From Macrostomum lignano (Eukaryota): a stretch of 64,000 nucleotides of DNA. The first letter of the stretch is position 1. Each line of letters opens with the position of its first letter. The notes under the pieces are model-generated. The model was not told the origin of the DNA. It searched no databases and was given only the letters and a program-made list of their open reading frames with translations. The stretch lies in assembly GCA_002269645.1 (NCBI GenBank), contig NIVC01000248.1, forward strand, positions 112,413 through 176,412, given 5' to 3'. Both the position numbers and the translations under genes were made by a program. Below are positions 43,196 to 55,752 of this stretch, piece after piece.

Positions 43196-46100
43196 CATGG
43201 TGCGCTGCGGCGCACAAAATCTTTTCTTCATGGCGCACGGCGCACAGTGCTCAAAAGCCATCAAAATAGTTCCGGCGCACACTGTGCCACCTTCCCGACT
43301 ATGGAGTCTGGGGCTCTGGGCTAAAAGATCTGGGGATAGGCAAAGCACTTGTTCAACTGGAAGGGGGAGATAGTGGCTGATTCGCCTAGGGAAGAGGGAA
43401 GGGCTATACGCTTTTGAGGAAAAAGGGGAGAGAGTGGGCAGAGACTGCATATCTCTAAATGAACAAGGCTGACTGAAGGCTATTTTTAGAACAAACTGTT
43501 CTTTCGGCGCCAGGCCTAATGGCAAGCCAGCACAAGTCACCTTTTGGAGAGGCTGTTACACTTGTATTTATAGTCTTATTACTAAAAATGGCAGATAGTT
43601 TAAAACAAAATGTTTTTATTACAAAAATTTTATCAAAGATATACACTGAAGTTACTATATTTTTATCAAAATAAACATTTAATATATGTATTATTACTAA
43701 TGATAGAAGTGTCAGTAATTTACTTATAAAATATGCAAGAAAAGGGTAGTAAGTACTAAGATTCTATTTATGCGCAAATAATCATCAATAAGGCAAGAAT
43801 TAATCGATTTTTCGCATAAGGCTAGTTTTGAAAACAAAGAATTAGGTATGCAACAAATGATTAAAAGAGTTATGTAATTATGCAATATTATAATAGCCCA
43901 TTACATACATATGTGCAGGGCCCCTCCCGATTTCTTTATAAAATAGTCCCCGTTTAGTCAATTTGAATTCACCCCAAAACTAAAAAACATATTTTGTTTT
44001 AATACTCGTATTTTCTATAATATTTTGCACTAACAAATTTTTGTTTAAAACTGTAGCAAATTTTAGTATAAATAGAAGTGTTTTTGGCAGAGGAGAGACC
44101 AACCTTGTGCATCGCGGTTCCACAATAAGTAATTGATAACGAATAGTAAGAGTTCCAAGAAAATAAGAATTGAAGAAGTGTTTTCTGTGTTAATTCCTTT
44201 TTTTAAGAAAGAGTGAAGTAGACAGAAGTGTGTACCATATATACTACTGAGAAAGAAAGTGTTGAGTAGTAAGAAGTTGCGAAGTAGATCTGAAGTAAAA
44301 CGTGTAAGAATAATGGAGGCTGTGACCCTCTGATCTCGATAACGCCCAAGGACTTGCAAAGTACATGATAAATACATATACCAGTAAGCCAAAATACCAC
44401 TCAGGCCATTATTAAATAGAATGCTACCAGAATAATAGAACGCTACCAGAATAATCAAAAGAGTAAAATCTTTCAGGGCTAACAGTTTTTCTAAGAATAA
44501 TACTCAGACTAAATACTCAGACTAAATAATCAGACCTATTCTAAGAAACTTTTCTCTAATATTGATAAACTCATAATTTATTAATAGAATAATCTTGGTG
44601 GCAGCTACCAACCTAAGAAGAACACTTAAGAGATTAGTAATTAGCCCTGTAACATCTTGGTGGCTAATTGGTGGGATTCTCAGTGTACAGGAAACACCCG
44701 TTACAGCTTTTGGTACCAGCGGTGGGATTTTGTATCGTATAGGAACACCACTTTGACAACTTGGTGGCAGCGGGTAAGACTAGAAAGAGAATAATTAAGA
44801 GCCCTGGGACAGCTTTTGGCAATAGCAGTGGGATATTATTAAGAAGGAAGAATCACCCCTGTTACACATATTAATTTAAATTTACTTGTATATTATACTA
44901 AAGCTTCTAGTGGTTCTTGTCATGGTAGCTTACCACAACATGGGTGACTTTAGGTAATTGCTAACTATTACCTTGTAATTTAACAGAAATTTCTTCCACA
45001 TGACTATAAAAATAGCCATTTTGCTTCCTATCTATTGTGACTATAAAATAACAGTTTTGCTATTTATAAGGTTACAATAAGTAAAGACCATAGGCCCGCA
45101 TAGTGTCTTATGTGTGAACCATAAAAATAACCATTTTGTTATTTATATAGTCACTGTAACAATAACAAGCCATGCTAAAAGTAAAAAGAATATATCATTG
45201 CTCAAAGTATAAAAAAGCTATCCTTCTACTTCTTTGCTATAAATACTTAAGCCACATATTAAGTATATTAGTATACTAAAAGAGAAACCAATAGGCCCCA
45301 ATAAGATATAGGCTAATATAATAATTATTCTTATTTAGTTGCAGCCTTTTTATTGTTGAAATAAATTTGTTGAAAATTCTTATCATTGTTAAAAAAAAGC
45401 TATTTTTAAACTATATTTTGCTTTTATATGTTGTTACTATGTTAGAATATGCAATTAGTTCCTATTCAATATATTCTAAATTTATTATTCATCTACATAT
45501 ACTACTAACTTGCTAAAATTTAATCCTACATAGCATATTCTATGCAAAAAAAATTTTCATTTTATTTGGACTTATCTACATAGTGGCTTGCTAGAATAGA
45601 GCCATATTGTGTTTTATTATTAAATTTGATTATAATTAACATGTCAATAACAATATTAATATGATCTACAGATTGAAATCTAGCTTTAATTCGTCATAAA
45701 AATTGCCCTAATTCCCCATGAGAATCTTCCAAGTTCCCTATGAGAACCTTCCCAATTCCTAAGAGTCACACTATTGCCCTATGAGAATTTCTCTAAAGCA
45801 GAAATCCCTAAGCTTATCACAAATCCTTATAATAAATATAGCCTTATTAATTCTTTATCAGATTTTCTCCAATCCATATGTGCAACACCTGGCCAATCTG
45901 GCCAGCTGGCAAGGGGCCAGCCAAGGTAAGTTGCAAAAATGCCCACCCATAAAAGATGTAGTACTGATTAGATGATGAGGCATTTAGCCTTTATATAAGA
46001 CAATCAATGTTACTTCTGCCATTTACCCAAAATTACATTAATATTTGCTTTTTGAGTTTCTTTCACAGGTAAGTCGCTTTTTTAGTCAAAAAGTAAGTCC

Positions 46101-46277
46101 CACGGCCAGTGTAAATCAGGGCGGTTGCACATGTATGATCCATAAGAGTGACCAAAAAACCACATTAGAGTCTGGTTGCTTTTATATTGAAAAATCATTT
46201 TTATTCTATTGATGCTACTAGCAGTAGACAACGCTGATAAAATATAAAAATTCAACCTTGCAGCCCAGCCGTCTCCA

Positions 46278-48675
46278 ATGGCCACCATGGACAGTTCAGC
46301 CCGTCAACCTACTGGCCGCCTGCCACTGCTGCCTTCCATGTCAGTGAAATCCGAAGCCGCCTCCTCAGCCGACGTCACCGAAGAGGACGAACAGAACTTC
46401 GACGACGCCGAAGACTATGACGAGGAAGACGAGGTCGGGATCGGCCTGCCGCGGCATCACCACCCCAGCCTGCTGCTGGACTACGACGAGCAGTCCGAGT
46501 CCGACCAGCGGGCCCTGCTGCTGCTCAACAGCGACGGCCAGCGTCAGGACGGCGGCGCCGAGGAGGGCGGCGCTCCGGTGGTTCGAACCCGTCGGCGCAA
46601 GGCGGCCCTGCCGGTTGACGCCCGGTTCTGCGCGGTGTGCAGCGAGCCGGCCACCGGCTACAATTTCGACCGGCTGACCTGCGAGAGCTGCAAAGCGTTT
46701 TTCCGGCGCAATGCGCTAAAATCTCGCGAACGAATCAAGCCGTGCAGCCGCGGCGGCGGATGTGACGTGAGCGGCCCGCAGAGGAAGCACTGCCCTACCT
46801 GCCGGCTGGAGAAGTGCCTCCGTGTCGGCATGAAGAAGGAACTCATCCTGCCGCCTGAGAAGCTGGAGCAGCGGGCCAAGCCGAAGAAGCGAACAGCCAG
46901 GCAGCAACTGCAGCTGCCCTGGTCGTCCTCGGAGTCGGCGGCAGCTGCCGCGTCGTCGCCTCGTGGCGGCGTTCTCGGGGTGCACAATCGCGATAGTGGT
47001 GAATCCGTGTCCTGTGTTGCATGTGACTGAGAGTCGCCCACATTTACCGCAATCGCAAAGAAAATCGCCTCGACCCAGTGAGAATCGTCCCAATCTCCAT
47101 GAGAATCGCACTAACCTCCGTGAGAATCGCCCCAATCTCCGTGAGAATCACACCAATCTCCGTCAGAATCGCCCCGATCTCCGTGAGAATCGCCCCAATC
47201 TCCGTGAGAATCGCCCCAATCTCCGTGAGAATCGCGCCAATCCTAATCCCACTCTGCCCCTCCCCAGCCCGCAGGCGCGCATCAGCGGTGTTCCTGGACC
47301 ACCTTCTGTCAACCCAGCAGCAGCAGTCGCAGCACCGCCAGCCGCAGCCGCCGCAGCTGCAGTCCCGGCCGGTCACGACTGGCGCCCTGGCGCTGGCCTG
47401 GTCTGAGGCCACCCTGGCCGGCCGCACCTGGAGCTCGGAGCTCACAAGCAACGAACTAGAGTGCCTGGATGGCCTCCGTGAGGCTCAGGACCGACTGAGC
47501 GACGCCCTGCAGATGTCGGACTGCGACAGGCCCGACGGCGGCGAGGCCAAGGACGGAGTTGGCCGGCTGGAGCAGGCCTTCAACCAGATGGAGGCCTGCA
47601 TTCGGCGCATCATCTCAGTGGTCAAGCTTATACCAATATTTAGCGAGGTCGACAAGGACTCTCAGATTCTCATGCTCAAGGTGCATAATCGCAGATGAAA
47701 TCTCACCCTAGCCAAAATAATCTTAGTTGGAATCTCACCCTAGCCAAAATAATCTCAGGTGGAATCTCACCTTAGCCAAAATAATCTCAGCTGCAATCTC
47801 ACCCTAGCCTGCATTATCTCATCTGGAATCTCACCCTAGCCCGGAGAATCTCAACTGAAATCTCACCCTAGCCCGAATGATCTCAGCTGGAATCTCACCT
47901 TTTCTATGAAATCTTATCTAGAATCTTACCTGGCCCACATGATTTCAACTGGAATCTCACCCTAGCTCATAAAATTTCATCTATAATCTCATCCCAGACC
48001 GTATAATCTCAACTAGAATATCATATTTTATACATATCTCATTTAAAATCTCACCCCAGTCCACATAATCTCATCCAGAATCTCACCGTAAAATTTCAGG
48101 TGAACATCTACGGCCTAGTGATTCTGTACTCGTCCTTCTTCTTCAACCCTGTCACCGGCTCCTGGGAGATCCCGCTGGCTTCGTCCAACGCCGATGATGA
48201 TCAGGAGTCGCAGCGGCGTCTGTCGGGCAGCGGCGGAGTGTCCCTGATGCGCGAGCTGGCCGCGGCGGTGGCAGCCATTGTGTCGATGCACCCGGGCTCC
48301 AGCGACCTCACCCTGGCGGACCTGGACCAGTACTGCGCCAACTCGCACAACGTGTACGCCCGGCTGGAGCTGTACAGCCGGCACGACAGCACGGTGAAGA
48401 TGCTGATGCTGGCTTTGAAGCTGTTCAACACCGACTCCATGCCGGCCTCTCCGGCCAGGGACTCGCTAGAGCGCGCCCAGTCTTTCTATTCGCTGCTGCT
48501 CAAGAAGTACCTGGCCCGCGAGTTTGGCGTGCCCGATGCCATGCAGCTCTACCCCAGACTCCTGCTCACCTTCATCGATATGCGCACAGTTGAGAATAAG
48601 ATGGTTGAGTTCACCCGCCTGCTGTCTGTTGAGTCGCTTAATCCACTGGTGCGGGAGTTCGCTCACGTGACCTGA
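46278..48675 (+). CDS. HR96: Nuclear hormone receptor, NR1I/NR1J (HR96/DAF-12/VDR-like) group, 569 aa
   Basis: Exons 46278-46998, 47268-47680, 48100-48675 (phases 1, 0; total 1710 nt). C4 [33 protein letters not shown] with ESCKA P-box. LBD with [26 protein letters not shown] signature and C-terminal [10 protein letters not shown]-2-like helix. The HR96 label is the closest family call, not a proven ortholog. Confidence 0.85.
47065..47240. repeat. 21-bp minisatellite in nuclear receptor intron 1
   Basis: Unit ccgtgagaatcgccccaatct. Confidence 0.9.
47700..48090. repeat. Degenerate ~30-bp repeat filling nuclear receptor intron 2
   Basis: Recurring gaatctcaccctagcc...ataatctca. Confidence 0.85.
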
Positions 48676-48742
48676 CTCAGGGATGCCGCAGCTGGCTGCA
48701 GCTCTGGGCTGTTAAATATCTGGTGGATAGTATATTGATTGA

Positions 48743-49290
<548 letters not shown>

Positions 49291-50004
49291 TAAAATCAGG
49301 CAACTTGTTAAAATGTATTAGAAACCCCCCCCCCCAATCATTGTCCATGCCCCGGCCTGTTCTGTTATATTATTTCTGACAAAATTTCGCAGCAGTTTCG
49401 TAGGAGCAGCCCGGCAAGCCTAGTATTGCTTCTCATCTGTCAATACTGATTTCATGTTTATTAATTTTATTCAATCCCAACTTTTTTATTTGAAATTGTT
49501 CACATTATACTGTAGTGTATTGAGTTTTCTGTGGATTCATTGATCATTATTCTGTTCTGTACGTTTTGTGTGTCTTGCCAGCCTATGTGACGGTAAGCAT
49601 TACCCCGGCTGTGTAACCGTGCTGTTATGTGCTGTTCCCGACGCGTCCTCCGTTTATTGACAAGCTCAATATTGACTAATTTTTTATATTGTATTTTTCT
49701 TGCTAAATCACCGTATTTATCTACAGCTACTTCGTGTTTTCCAATCAGTGTCTGTGCAGCATTTCTGTCTGACTTTTCTAATGCCATTTGGGGGGGGGGA
49801 GTTACAGCGGGTATAAAAGCTCTGGCACTCAGGTAAATAAGCTAATTAGGAAGCCGCTCATTGTAACTCTGCACATTAATTCCATTTGTAGCTATAGAAC
49901 TGTCTTTGTTTTAAAGCTTAACAGTTTGTTTAAATGCGCTGATTCCGGTTGAATTTCACGATTATGCAATTTTCTCTGCATCATCTCGTCTCTCTGTCCG
50001 GCCT

Positions 50005-51485
50005 CGTCTCTCAACCCCTGTTCTCCGTCTCTCAACCCCTGTTCTCCGTCTCTCAACCCCTGTTCTCCATTTCTCAACCCCTGTTCTCCATTTCTCTCAA
50101 CCCCTGTTCTCCGTTTCTCTCAACCCCTGTTCTCCATTTCTCTCAACCCCTGTTCTCCATTTCTCTCAACCCCTGTTCTCCGTTTCTCTCAACCCCTGTT
50201 CTCCATTTCTCTCAACCCCTGTTCTCCGTTTCTCTCAACCCCTGTTCTCCATTTCTCTCAACCCCTGTTCTCCGTTTCTCTCAACCCCTGTTCTCCATTT
50301 CTCTCAACCCCTGTTCTCCATTTCTCTCAACCCCTGTTCTCCATTTCTCAACCCCTGTTCTCCATTTCTCTCAACCCCTGTTCTCCATTTCTCTCAACCC
50401 CTGTTCTCCATTTCTCTCAACCCCTGTTCTCCGTTTCTCTCAACCCCTGTTCTCCGTTTCTCTCAACCCCTGTTCTCCGTTTCTCAACCCCTGTTCTCCG
50501 TTTCTCTCAACCCCTGTTCTCCGTTTCTCTCAACCCCTGTTCTCCGTTTCTCTCAACCCCTGTTCTCTGTTTCTCTCAACCCCTGTTCTCCGTTTCTCTC
50601 AACCCCTGTTCTCCATTTCTCAACCCCTGTTCTCCGTTTCTCTCAACCCCTGTTCTCCATTTCTCTCAACCCCTGTTCTCCATTTCTCTCAACCCCTGTT
50701 CTCCATTTCTCTCAACCCCTGTTCTCCATTTCTCTCAACCCCTGTTCTCCGTTTCTCTCAACCCCTGTTCTCCATCTCTCAACCCCTGTTCTCCGTTTCT
50801 CTCAACCCCTGTTCTCCATTTCTCTCAACCCCTGTTCTCCATTTCTCTCAACCCCTGTTCTCCATTTCTCTCAACCCCTGTTCTCCATTTCTCTCAACCC
50901 CTGTTCTCCATTTCTCTCAACCCCTGTTCTCCGTTTCTCTCAACCCCTGTTCTCCGTTTCTCTCAACCCCTGTTCTCCATTTCTCTCAACCCCTGTTCTC
51001 CATTTCTCTCAACCCCTGTTCTCCATTTCTCTCAACCCCTGTTCTCCGTTTCTCTCAACCCCTGTTCTCCGTTTCTCTCAACCCCTGTTCTCCATTTCTC
51101 TCAACCCCTGTTCTCCATTTCTCTCAACCCCTGTTCTCCATTTCTCTCAACCCCTGTTCTCCATTTCTCTCAACCCCTGTTCTCCATTTCTCTCAACCCC
51201 TGTTCTCCGTTTCTCTCAACCCCTGTTCTCCATTTCTCTCAACCCCTGTTCTCCATTTCTCAACCCCTGTTCTCCGTTTCTCTCAACCCCTGTTCTCCAT
51301 TTCTCTCAACCCCTGTTCTCCGTTTCTCTCAACCCCTGTTCTCCATTTCTCTCAACCCCTGTTCTCCATTTCTCAACCCCTGTTCTCCGTCTCTCTCAAC
51401 TCCTGTTCTCCGTTTCTCTCAACCCCTGTTCTCCATTTCTCTCAACCCCTGTTCTCCGTTTCTCTCAACCCCTGTTCTCCGTTTC
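50005..51485. repeat. 23-bp (with 21-bp variants) pyrimidine-rich minisatellite
   Basis: Unit tctctcaacccctgttctccgtt/att; explains the 537-aa ORF. Confidence 0.97.
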
Positions 51486-52362
51486 AATTTTGTCCACCAA
51501 ATGTTCTAACAAGTAACCGCAGCGTCCAATGTTTGTGCAGCAATCAAGACATTAATAATTAATAGTATGATTCGAAGCATTCCCCTTTGAAACTGCATAG
51601 TTTGTGTTCTGGTGCCCGTAGTGTTTATTCTGTTTGTTTGTAAATCGATCCGAGTATTTCTTGTTGTTTTTTTATCGCAAACTGTTCACGATCGGAACTG
51701 CCACTTATGTTTAAATTAAGGAAATTATATTGTCTTTTTTCTTCTGCTCGATTTCACTAGCCTGCACGCTGCACAATACTGTCTGTTCCCAATAAAATCT
51801 ATTTTAATCTTGTTGTTAGCTCCTTTATGGTGCTTGACTAGCGATCTGAGTGAAATTATATTTTATCCATGAATGACGTCCTGAGTTTTTTGCAAAGGTG
51901 TTCATTTTCGCATTGTTTTTTTCGGCCACTGGCCTGTCCCAGTTTTGCACCCAGTTTTTGTAGTGCGTCGATCTGTCTGTTAATTTTGCGAATGTAAAAA
52001 TGCTACTGCAAGTTATTTGATGAAAATATATTGATTTCTGTGAGCAGAATGCCGTGGTTTCACCATCGGCTTAAGAAATGAGACAAACAACGTTTTGCAG
52101 TAGTTCTATTATTTATTAAATTGATTGTATTGACAATATTAGCTACTTATGCATTTCACGGGAAAATAAATCATAGTTACGGAACAGGCTCAATATTAAT
52201 TTGTTTGTACTTTTAGTTTTTTGTCCCTTGCTAAATAATTCGGGTCTGTATATGACTACTAAAAAACTTATCGGATAGATGAGCCAAAGCATCAATCAAT
52301 TATTTTCGAGGTACACGTAGGAATCCAAATTTGGTGATGGAAAACAAGGTGCAAATCATTCT

Positions 52363-52505
52363 TTCATTTTTGTGGTCGCAAAGTCTGTCACAGAACTTAA
52401 TCTGGTCTAATATGTAAGCATCGATTTTTGTGCTGTGGACGCGCAAGATCAGTGGACCAAGCTAAATGCTACAGTTATCAGACTTTGCGACCACGGACAA
52501 ATGAA
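52363..52505. mobile_element. Small MITE-like inverted-repeat element
   Basis: Perfect 16-bp inverted repeat gtggtcgcaaagtctg (52372-52387) / cagactttgcgaccac (52479-52494), extendable imperfectly to ttcattt...aaatgaa; ~90-bp spacer. Confidence 0.6.
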
Positions 52506-53337
52506 CTTTAGCTTTGCCCTTCATTCAATGTGTGTAGGCCCTACTAAGCTGCAAAAAAGCTAAGTTTTCTGTTTGTTAAGAAGTACAGGGCTGTCATTAC
52601 GACAGAATAATTAAGCCAATCAATTTAAGCGTGCCCATCTCACTGATTAAAGCAGCCACTGCCATAGAACTACACTGGACCATAGACAAAAAGGCAGAAA
52701 ACAAGTTGGTGGGTAAAAGTTTTAAATGTATCCCACACTTAGCGTGTAACTCGTGTCTATCCCAATGCCATAGACAACACAAAACTATTCTCCGCTCCCG
52801 GCTTGTACTTTGCCATAGACAACCATAGATAAGTGTCATAGACATTCGCCCCGTTTCTACACCGAAAACCAGTGGTCAACAAGTACGGGGCAGCTTTAAT
52901 CCAACTCCAGCTATAACTCTCCACTCTCTCCTCAAAAGCCAAATCTGGGGTCCAAATTGCATCATAACAAATTGTTGTGTGAATTGCGTCACTTGTAGCT
53001 GAGATCTGAGAAAAGTTAGTTGCCCACTTAACACGTTGCCAAGTGTATTCTCTCTGGTTAGAATTTACAAAGCAATCAAGTACAGAATCTCAGACTAAAT
53101 TATTCAGACCACAGAACTTGATTTCTAAATAGAAAAGTCTGCAGTTTCTCGCAGTTTTGATGAAGTTAATCCACTCGATTGGCTTAATTATTAAATAACT
53201 GACTAACACAATTACTAGTCACTTTAAAAGTATCAAACAGTCTCTTTTTGAGCTTCTACTCAGGCATCAATGAATGGTCTGGATTGGCTTGTTTGAGGGG
53301 CAATATCGAAGAACTCTAGGGTTTCTTTCTCGGACAT

Positions 53338-54207
53338 TCAGTCACCCTGGCCGGCCACGCCGACAGGAGTGAGGAACAACTGGCGCATGCCGGCCGCCTG
53401 ATGGCAGGTGAACAGCGCCCAGCCCAGCAGCAGGAAGTGATGCCACAGGTACAATGGTACACTTAATTGATTCGCGTCTGTGGCGTCGTCTGGCATCGCC
53501 GTGACGGCTCGGCAGGCAAAGAAATCTGGCGGGCAATTCAGCTTGCGGATGCACTGGTCAAGGCGCCACCAGTTGCTGGTGAAGCTGCCGTTGTCGTAGT
53601 TGACCAGCTGTCTAGCCGGGATGCTCACGTTTGGTGGCAGCTGGCGTTGCAAGTTGTGCCTGCTTCGGTAGAGCAGCAGCATCGCTGCCACCAGGCATAG
53701 GCCAACGCAGGTCGACACAACTGCGGCCAGGAGAAGCAGCCGAAGCCTAAGCTGCTGCTGCTTGAATTCTGTGTATTGAGGTTGCTGCTTCGGATCCATC
53801 TGCAGATGTTGCTGCTTTGATTCCTGCGGTGGTTGCTTCTTCAATTCCTTCTGCGGTGGTTGCTTCTTCGATTTCTGCGGTGGTTGCTTCTTCAATTCCT
53901 TCTGCGGTGGTTGCTTCTTCGATTTCTGCGGTGGTTGCTTCTTCGATTCATTCTGCGGTGGTTGCTGCTTCGATTCCTTCTGCGGTGGTTGCTGCTTCGA
54001 TTCTTTCTGCGGTGGTTGCTGCTTCGATTCCTTCTGCGGTGGTTTCTTCTTCGATTCATTCTGCGGTGGTTGCTGCTTCGATTCCTTCTGCGGTGGTTTC
54101 TTCTTCGATTCCTTCTGATTCCGATTGTTCATCAGTGGTGCTTTCTTTTTCTGACCGTTTGCAACGGCTTTCACCGCATCTGCTGGTGTTTTTAACGCAG
54201 CAGGCAT
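53338..54207 (-). CDS. Uncharacterised type II single-pass membrane protein with N-terminal KQQPPQKES repeats (289 aa; may splice further at the 3' end)
   Basis: ATG preceded by an in-frame stop; 27/24-bp coding repeat; hydrophobic LLLLAAVVSTCVGLCLVAAMLLLY flanked by Arg. Post-TM part has NVS/NGS sequons, Cys residues and host-like GC3 codon bias. Confidence 0.6.
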   Translation of the reverse strand: MPAALKTPADAVKAVANGQKKKAPLMNNRNQKESKKKPPQKESKQQPPQNESKKKPPQKESKQQPPQKESKQQPPQKESKQQPPQNESKKQPPQKSKKQPPQKELKKQPPQKSKKQPPQKELKKQPPQESKQQHLQMDPKQQPQYTEFKQQQLRLRLLLLAAVVSTCVGLCLVAAMLLLYRSRHNLQRQLPPNVSIPARQLVNYDNGSFTSNWWRLDQCIRKLNCPPDFFACRAVTAMPDDATDANQLSVPLYLWHHFLLLGWALFTCHQAAGMRQLFLTPVGVAGQGD

Positions 54208-55752
54208 TTTGCTTCTTGACTTGTTAGATTATGCCTTCCTGTAGTTTATTGCAACCGATTCCGCTACTGACCACTCTTGCATGCTTTTATTCCGTCAGTT
54301 TATGCTCGAGTCCGTTGAGGACCAACTTGCCCTGCCACGCTGGAAGTTTTTGCCCGCGCGGCTGAGGTGAACGCGGATCAATTGTTCGGCTTGGTTAGGA
54401 AGCTTTTGCTCGCTCTGCGGACTGAACTGTAAGAGGCATGTCTTTGCCATGTGTGTTCGCAAGGGCCGGGGTCGTAGAAACTCCCCGAGCGGCTCAACCC
54501 GGGCCCGATACTGACTGCATTGTGTGATCGATTTTTCTTATAGTAAACAGCTGGCTTTTGTGAACTTGCAAGCGCCAGTGCTTAGCCCAGTGTGTTGTGC
54601 TGAATTTGCACTGTTTCAAACCGCTTCCAACTGGTCCAGGATAGTCGCGTTCTTTGCGAATAGCCTTCTGGATTACGCGGCGCGCGATGCTCAATAACGT
54701 ATATGCATACATACACATAAACTTTTTAGATTCAGTATATGGATTAGTACATGGATATCAGTATATGGAAGTCAGTTAACTGTGGCTGCTTTCTAATACC
54801 CAGATTCCTTGTCGCTTTTTACGTCAAAAGAATTCTGCACCCAGGTTATCAGCCAACTATCTGTACGCATAGCTCATTCTTGTCGCATCATGAGTTGCAG
54901 TTCTCCAAAAAAAACTCTAGCTTAAGCATTGAAGCCTCTTTCCTAAGCAGCTCGTCACTGGGTTTCATCCAATATCATGCTCTTTTTTGCCCAGGCTGCA
55001 GCGACTATTTGCACATTTGGTTTAACTGAGAGCCTGGGCTACGATTTTAAGGCGTTAGAACGAAAGCTGAGAAATTTTTAGGAAATTGGACACCTGCTTT
55101 GGATTCTTTGACAGGTCTTGACAGCTCAACAGGCGAAACTGGCACTATGCAACAAAGAACGACAGGAAATGTTTGAGAGCAAACAAAATTCTGCAAATGT
55201 GAGAATGGACTTTTTGTTTAGGGAGTGCATGTATACTTGCTTGCTTGGTAGAATATTTCAGTTGTAAGATATAGGATTTTTAACGCAATTTAAGTGAACT
55301 TTGGTGCAAGATAGATATATATTCATTTTTCTGAGTATTCCGATGTATGTTCGTATTTTACGAGCTGTAAAAGTACATGTGCGAGTTAGATTTGAGTTTT
55401 AAGGCGTATATAGCAGAAGCTGAAGTAGACACGATTGACACGATTCATTAACATTAAATATGGGCAGCCATGAGCACAAGGATTACAAAGTCTATTGGTC
55501 CTTGCATGAGCAAATGGATTCTATAGATTAGTCCTGGCCCTACAAATTAATCTAGCCTCAACGCTTCAAAGCTCTCAGTAAACTGAGAAAACAACTACGT
55601 GGCGTGCCCAACTTCAACGTTGCTTTACTAAAAGTCAGTGATAGGATTGTTATTGAAAAAGAGTTTAATCAGGATACGAGAGTAGGTTTAAGAGGAATAA
55701 AAATATAAATATCGAAAATTTTCTGGTTCCATTTGGTCAATGAGCGGCTGTG

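Noticed and set aside
44063-44458. 131-aa hydrophobic ORF in an AT-rich island
   Set aside because: No recognisable motif or host codon bias; composition explains the hydrophobicity.
49949-51562. 537-aa ORF
   Set aside because: 23-bp pyrimidine-rich minisatellite; 23-aa periodicity equals three units.
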